From NCBI GenBank assembly GCA_905178155.1, contig CAJINV010000006.1, positions 2,458,658 through 2,522,657 of the forward strand: DNA of 64,000 nt. The letters are read 5' to 3'. This document shows, piece after piece, positions 57,734 through 64,000 of the stretch. How positions within the stretch are numbered: position 1 is the stretch's first letter; the number at the start of each line of letters is the position of its first letter. A program made the translations under genes and the position numbers. The stretch comes from Amoebophrya sp. A120. Its lineage: Eukaryota; Protista; Dinoflagellata. The notes below the pieces were generated by a model. That model searched no databases, was not told where the DNA came from, and was given only the letters and a program-made list of their open reading frames with translations.

Positions 57734-60700
57734 TCAAGAACTTCTCATTTGGGCTGCGAACACTAGCAGTAGTACAACCAAAGTATTGCAGAACAAATAA
57801 ATGCCACACATCAAATATCCTCCTACCCACCCCGGCCCGCTGTGGTGATCATTATCACCAACACCATCTTCAAAACACATCATTTCCGTTCGCGCAATCT
57901 GCTTCAATGTGCGAAGTAGAGTGTCAAAAATTTCCTTCACTACCGCAACTGACTCCAGGGGATGGAGTTCTTCTTGGGTGCTGGACGACGACGGCGTTGC
58001 ACTAGCTCTAGGCTGTTCCTGTTCCTCCCCGCCCTCGAAAGGATTTTCATCCAGCAGTCCAATTGTTTTGCCTAGCCGGATCTTGTTCACCACCTGCACG
58101 TGGACGAGTTGCGGCACCTTTATATCTGCAGTCGTTCTGGTATGATCAGTGCCACATATATTTTCGACCTCCCCAGCGGCCCCATCGCAGCCGTTTTTAC
58201 CACCCCGCGGCCCACTCACAGCAGCTAAAACCACGTAGGGCGTAAGCCAGGTTGGCAGCAGTTTTCTCTCCTCTTCTGTCTTGCAGCACACCAACTGCCT
58301 CATCGCGCGCTTCACTTCCCTCGGCGGCTCCTGAGGTAGAAGTAGATGAGGCCGCTGCTCTAGTACTCTTGATGCTCTATTTCTTGTTCTTACAGTGGCA
58401 TCAAATGTAGTAGAAGTAGCGGTACAAGTAGAACTGCTGGCGCGATAATTCGGCCGCTTGTCATGTCCCCGATTCATCTCCGAACGAGCCTCGGATTGTG
58501 AGGCAGAAACTACTGGAAGGTCTATCCGAAACAGGTTCCAGCAGAAGTGCTCCAGGACGGAAAAAAGCATCTTTTCCACAAGCTGCATCGCGGTCGTCCT
58601 ACCACTGCTGCTGGTCTCGGTCTTGTTGGAAGAAATAGCAGAAGATGCTACCATCGGTAATTGCTGGAGAAAGAAAATCTCCAGAAACAGGCCGCCTGGA
58701 ATTATTCCGGGCAGTTTATAATTCCGTGCTCTTCGAGCATCGTCGGCCGCGATGCTCTGCTGGTCCTTTCCTTCTTTCTTCTCAACATTGGCGTCTTCGT
58801 CTTTGACCTCTTCTTGCACCGAGCAAGTGGTCCTCGCACCTGCTAAATAAATTTCCAGCAGCTTCTTCACAAGACGCACGACCGGCTCTCGCGCTTCAGC
58901 CGTCGGCCCGGAGACAAGCAGGTACGTCGGAAAGGAGGATAAGGGGCGACCGCTGCCTGGTGGTACTAGTGACGCTGCTGGTCCTATTGTTCTAGTAACT
59001 TGAAGCTCTTCATCACCCACGATCTTCACTTCATCCTCCAAAGCAAAGTAATTGTGTCCGACCTTCCTCATCTTCCGGAAGAACAGGGTATTGCTTCGCA
59101 TCTTTTCCGCACTTGAAAAAAGCGACACCGGCTCAATTCGCTCCAGCAGTGGCGCCAGTTCTTGCAGGTGGTATTGGTCACCCCTGCTGTTTTCCTTGTT
59201 CACGGTGAAAACGAGCGCCGAAGATATGGATTGTAAAAATGTCTGGGTCTGGAAGAATGCAAGTTTGTCATGCTTGTCTCGCATGACTCTTAAATTTGTC
59301 ATGCACATTACCCAAGACCCCCACTTTTCTGTCATGCAGAAACGCAGTTTGTCATGCAGAATAGGCAACACCAAGAAGCTCAGAAACTTGTCATGCTGAG
59401 CCAGCACTTGTAGCCTCCTCATGATACGCCACCCAGCATTACAAGTTTCCAGACCCAGACATTTTTGCATTTGATAGAAGAAGTTCTTGTACTATAATTT
59501 TCAACACCCGGCGCAGAAGAGGTGGTGCAAGAAGATCTACTTCCAGTGCGCAAGGCCGCCAGCAGCAGTTCCAGGCTGTCCAATTTGTGAATGGTTTCGA
59601 AATCGGTTTTCCTACTTCTGGGAGAACATGAGCGCTTAGAAGTCCCCTTTTCCACGCTGACGTTCTTGGCTTGATTTAGACGGGTCGGCGAATCATCTCT
59701 CGCATTGGCATTCTCGTCCTCCTCCTCCTCATTTGTCAATACGAGCAGCACCCGTTGAATCCTCGAAGTTCTGGCTTTGTTCATCTTGTTTCCGTAGTTG
59801 CTTGATATCGTCCACCCACCTAATGCTGTGTTCGTACTTGTTGTCGCTGCTGCTGCGCCTCCGCTAGTAGTTGTAGGTGTAGCAACATTATCAAATGTAA
59901 AAATGTCTGGGTCTGGAAGAAATCATGCTTGTCATGCTTGTCTGGCATGACTCTTAAATCTGTCACGCACGTTACCCAAGAGCTCCGGTTCTCTGTGATG
60001 CAGAAGCGCAGTTTGTCATGCAGAATAGGCAACACCTAGGAGCTCAGAAACTTGTCATGCTGAGCCAGCATTTGTAGCCTCATCATGAGACGCCACCCAG
60101 CATCACAAGTTTCCAGACCCAGACATTTTTACATTTGATAAACATTAGCGGTTGTAGAAAACAGCAGCTCTGCCGTTTGCTGCTTCACCCAGGCCGTTGC
60201 GTAGGCCTCGAAGAAATCCAAGTTCCAACAGTTTCCGTTGAGAGTTGTACTGCTAGTACCGGGACGAGGTACACGTTCCTTTCCAGTGGTTTCGAAGGTT
60301 CTTTCCTCACAAGAAGTTCTTTGCAGACAAAAGTCCTGAAAAACGTCCTGCAAATCGTGCAGGGTAAGTACCTGCACCGCGAAAAGTAGAGGCTCGTGGT
60401 CATGGTCGTGCTCGCAAGCAGTTTCGTTTCTCGACAGGCTTCTTGTTCTAGAGGCACAAGTCGTTCTTGTACCTGGCGCTTGGAATAAAAGATCCTCTCC
60501 TCCAAGCCGGCAGTGTCCGTAAAAAATGACTCCGTTTTTCACTAAACTTGTGATGCGGGTGGACAATAGCAGGGAACTGGCAGAACTAGAACTCTTCACA
60601 CCAACAACAAACTCGGACAATTTCTTCATCTTCTTTATTCCGAGCTGCTGCTGCGTAGGCATAGAAGCAAGACGACCCTGGGGAGCAGGAGGAGCTGCGG

Positions 60701-61475
60701 CTGCCAGAAGAGTTTTCTCATCTCGTCCAGCAACACGATTGATTTTACGCTCCTTGTCTCCAGTAGTGGTACTCGTTGGGCCCGCGGCATGACCAAAAAT
60801 CTCCGACGTTGTTGTACTCGTTTCCACAAATTCCACAACTGTGTCCACGACTTCCGCACTCCTTTTCGCGTTCAACTTGTTCGCAATGGCGGTGTGGAGG
60901 AGATGAAAGCGTATTTTGTCATGTGGTAGAACGGGTTGCTGTACTAGAGCAGCGCCCTGTAGTCCTTGTCCTCCCCCGGAGGTGGTCGTGGACTCCGCAT
61001 CTTCTTCAGGAGAAGTTTCGTCCTCGAAATTGTTCCTTCGTGCAATCAGAACAAGAAACGTCCGCGCAAACAACTCTTCCAAAATGCGTTCCATTTCTGG
61101 CAGAATTTGGAAACGAAACGTTTTTCGCGCGCTCATTGTGGTCGTGTTGGTGCCCGATGGACCTCTGCCCGTAGAAGTACCATTATGATGAAAGGCCATC
61201 TCCTTCAAGACGGCCCGCAGCATGCAGAGATACCGCTTGTTGCCGTCGACAAGGCCGTTCATCTTGTTCCCGCACTTTGGTTGCAGAAACGACAGGAGGG
61301 CGGCGGAGTTGCTGCAATTCAGGGTCTCATTGTGTGAACAAGACCTGCTCCCATTCACTCCCTTCAACCTTTCCAGCCCGAAGGGTCCGAACCCGAGCCG
61401 GCTATTCTTTCTGTCACTCCAAAGCTCCTCCACCGCTCGGAGCAAGCGGGGCGGGAGGAAGCTAGCATCCATCAT
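57734..61475 (-). CDS. Hypothetical ~1070-aa protein with a C-terminal transmembrane segment; 3 exons, 2 introners
   Basis: Long open exons joined by removing 59889-60140 and 59225-59476; ends YLMCGIYLFCNTLVVLLLVFAAQMRSS*. Confidence 0.75.
59225..59476. mobile_element. Introner family A
   Basis: DR gaaga/gaaga. Confidence 0.93.
59889..60140. mobile_element. Introner family A
   Basis: DR aacat/aacat. Confidence 0.93.
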
Positions 61476-61973
61476 GGGTGCTGCCGCGAGAAAAAGTGAG
61501 AAAAAGTCAGGAATAAGTGCTCGCTCTCGAAAAAACGGGAGAGGTTGGAGGGCAAAATTTCAAGTACAACTTTCGACTGCCTTTGCATTCTAGCGGAAAC
61601 AACGAGGACAAGACGGTCTTGCGCCCGAAGAAAGAAAAACTGGTGAGATGAAACCGAAGAATTGCGAGCACAAACCTTCTGATCCTTGTTGTAGGAAAAG
61701 GTTGAGTGATCACCAAATCGAGGAGATGTTGACGCACCAGCCACGTAAGTACTTTACTTTTTATCACATTCACGAACATAAACCGAAACGTCGAAACTGA
61801 CCATGTACAAAGGAACAATCTGTTTGATATATAAAACACTCCCACTTGTCTGACCGCTTGCATGCACCATAAGCTTTCCTTCATTGATATTTTGTCGCGC
61901 GAAAGATGTTGAATTCTTCTATGAGGATAAAAACGAGTCGAAAACAAAGTCGCATCAAATCATGTTTTTCGTG

Positions 61974-62969
61974 TCAAAGGAGTCTGGGAAATTGTTGATT
62001 TTGCACCATGTAGCCCCGTAAACTTCTCTGCACCAACCTTTCAAATTCTACCGGGTTCTCCCGAAATATTCTGCTCGCCTCCTGGTTCAGCGGGTCGTTC
62101 CCGTTTGGCTCGGCGAAAAGGTGCAGGATACCTTGTTTTTACGAGTTGATATTATCTTGACGTCGTGCGATTGCGAATCGAAATTTGCATGAATGGGTAA
62201 AATGGTTATGGTATTCGTAATCGTATTCCCTGCTGGATAAACAAATGCTTCCTACTCTGCAACTAGTAAGCAGTATTCGCATCACAAATTACAGTAAAGT
62301 ATAGTACCGTATATCACCGCCGATATTGACAAAACGGGTTTCCATTCCTCCCGCAAAATATTCAGGCACACGTTGCCCTCCAGATCTATATTTGGGTGGA
62401 AGATCTTCGTGTCACACTTCACTTTTGGCGCTTCGTGGGGGTACCTGAGGTTTCGGATAGTGCAGATGTTAGAAATTTCAATTTGTCATGCGTAGAAAAC
62501 TGGACTAGATAGGGCCCTTGTCCTACTATTGCTTGATGTACAAATGGCCAGCAGAGCAGCGAAGTCGAACTAACAAACTGAAGGTGAAGCTGGGTCTCTA
62601 CTCGAAATAAATAAACACTTCTTCACATCAACATTTCTCAAAACAAAGGTATAGATACAGTGGAGGTATTGTGAACAAAAACCGGAAACAAGCTTGCTTC
62701 CACATGCCCTCCTCTGGTTTTACATCGAGCGCAAAGTGCATGATGTTGTTCTTGTTCAAGAAGTTCAGCTGACACTGCGGCGGCACATCCAGCTCATCCA
62801 GCTCCTTCTGCATCCTTATTTCCCCGGGTTGTTTGTCCCCAAAAGACTGGGAAGCAGATCCTGCTGCAGGGTTGCTTGTGGCCGATTGCTCATTCCCGGA
62901 CTCCTGATTATTGGACTGCTGGTCTTGCTTCTTTTTGGCCCCGCGGCCCACGCCGAAGACCTTGATCAT
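61974..62969 (-). CDS. UBC12: NEDD8-conjugating E2 enzyme Ubc12/UBE2M (exons 62969-62659, 62444-62308, 62131-61974; 201 aa)
   Basis: MIKVFGV...[11 protein letters not shown]...[64 protein letters not shown]...LRGY; two GT-AG introns in phase. Confidence 0.93.
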
Positions 62970-64000
62970 TTTCTGATGTAGTTGTTCCGGACGACGAGCA
63001 ACTACTTCTAGCAGGTTTATTGCTTCTACACTGGTCGTTCTCGGGTGAAAAAGTCCAGTTTATTCCTCCGTCTATTTGTTCCGACGGCTGGTGTCCGTGT
63101 TCAATAGAGCGGGCGGATTGAAGTTTCTAAACTGGTATGTGTATGTGCGCCGTCGTGGTCAGAACCAATCCTCTCGTGTAGAAGTTCCAGCTTCAAGTAG
63201 TAGGAGGTGGATAGATCAGCATCCTTGCAATGTCCCTCGCGGCGACATGGTTTGGAGGACCATCCTTGAATTTCTTTTCAACTGCTGAAAAATCGATTTG
63301 ATGCAACACGCGTGTGGTCGGTGTGAGCGTCAGAATTAGAATACTTATTATGCAGCTTGTAGTGCTGCAACGACAAAACGTAGAACTTAAATGCTCCGCA
63401 AAATCTATTTTCTCACTGTATGAAGATCATGCGAACACTACGAATCAGTAAAGTATATTTCAAAACAGGTACTATAGTCTTTGTACCGTCGGAAATAATT
63501 ACAGTCTTGTAGAGTCTTTTTCTCTCTGGAAAGGGATTTTCGACGTTTGCTTTCAACTAAAGACCCCACCTTGCCCCGCCTACAGATTTCGTCAGAAAGA
63601 GCAAGGGCGGAGTGGTACTACCTGATCGCTTTGCAGAGCTTCTCCTTGCGGCTTTGCTTTTCGAGAACACTGGAGGAGGAGGGTCGTGGCGTTTGCATTC
63701 CACAATTGAAATACTTAAGTAAAACAAGCTTCTGCTACATACAATTCAGCAACAAGTTTTGCGACGACCTTCGGTAAATTTCACTTGTTCTCTTCGTTCA
63801 GTGCAGCAAGATCCCCTGTGTACAACTTAGAGTCTTCGCGATGAAGATGATTTTTGCATTCGACAGGTCTTCTGGTTCAGTATGTGCTGTTGTTGAGAGG
63901 TGGAGCACAGAAGTTCAGCACCTGAGAAGATCCATGTCCATCCTCAAAACAACACCCAAAATAAAAAATCACTATCACCTCGTGTTCCGTGTCGCCCACG

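Noticed and set aside
59225-59470. N-terminus of the 578-aa ORF (MQKCLGLETC...)
   Set aside because: Chance read-through of a family-A element; the upstream exon joins in frame after its removal.
4200-60140. Recurring ORF peptides such as SNAKMSGSGR, KCKNVWVWK, FQTQTFLHLI and PDPDIFAFD as a repeated protein domain
   Set aside because: They are six-frame translations of the family-A TIR, not proteins.
63300-64000. 3' end of a further minus-strand gene
   Set aside because: No convincing open frame or motif within the window.

Overview
Eukaryotic protist DNA with the hallmarks of the Syndiniales parasite Amoebophrya (my inference, from the inverted-repeat/direct-repeat non-canonical introns, one-directional gene order and S/T-rich low-complexity proteins). 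By hand I reconstruct 11 protein-coding genes, all on the minus strand: a signal-peptide RING-H2-like protein, two tandem Cys-less pentameric ligand-gated ion channel paralogs, a LicD-family phosphotransferase, a giant ECTFxP-repeat protein, a large LRR-containing protein, UBC12 and four hypothetical proteins. They are interrupted by 84 MITE-like 'introner' elements from about 13 terminal-inverted-repeat (TIR) families, plus about 11 GT-AG introns. The families share one architecture: TAT...ATA ends (a few copies have a 1-nt variant), a 5-bp target direct repeat (DR), and arrays of a GCATNACAA motif in both orientations, often paired 31-33 bp apart. The same motif pair occurs in some ordinary GT-AG introns. 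DR mismatches compared between the two channel paralogs point to one splice register: the donor lies 1 nt before TAT (N-TAT) and the acceptor 4 nt after ATA. No transposase is visible. Gene models are manual and lack RNA support, and most ORFs in the supplied track are artefacts of the elements.
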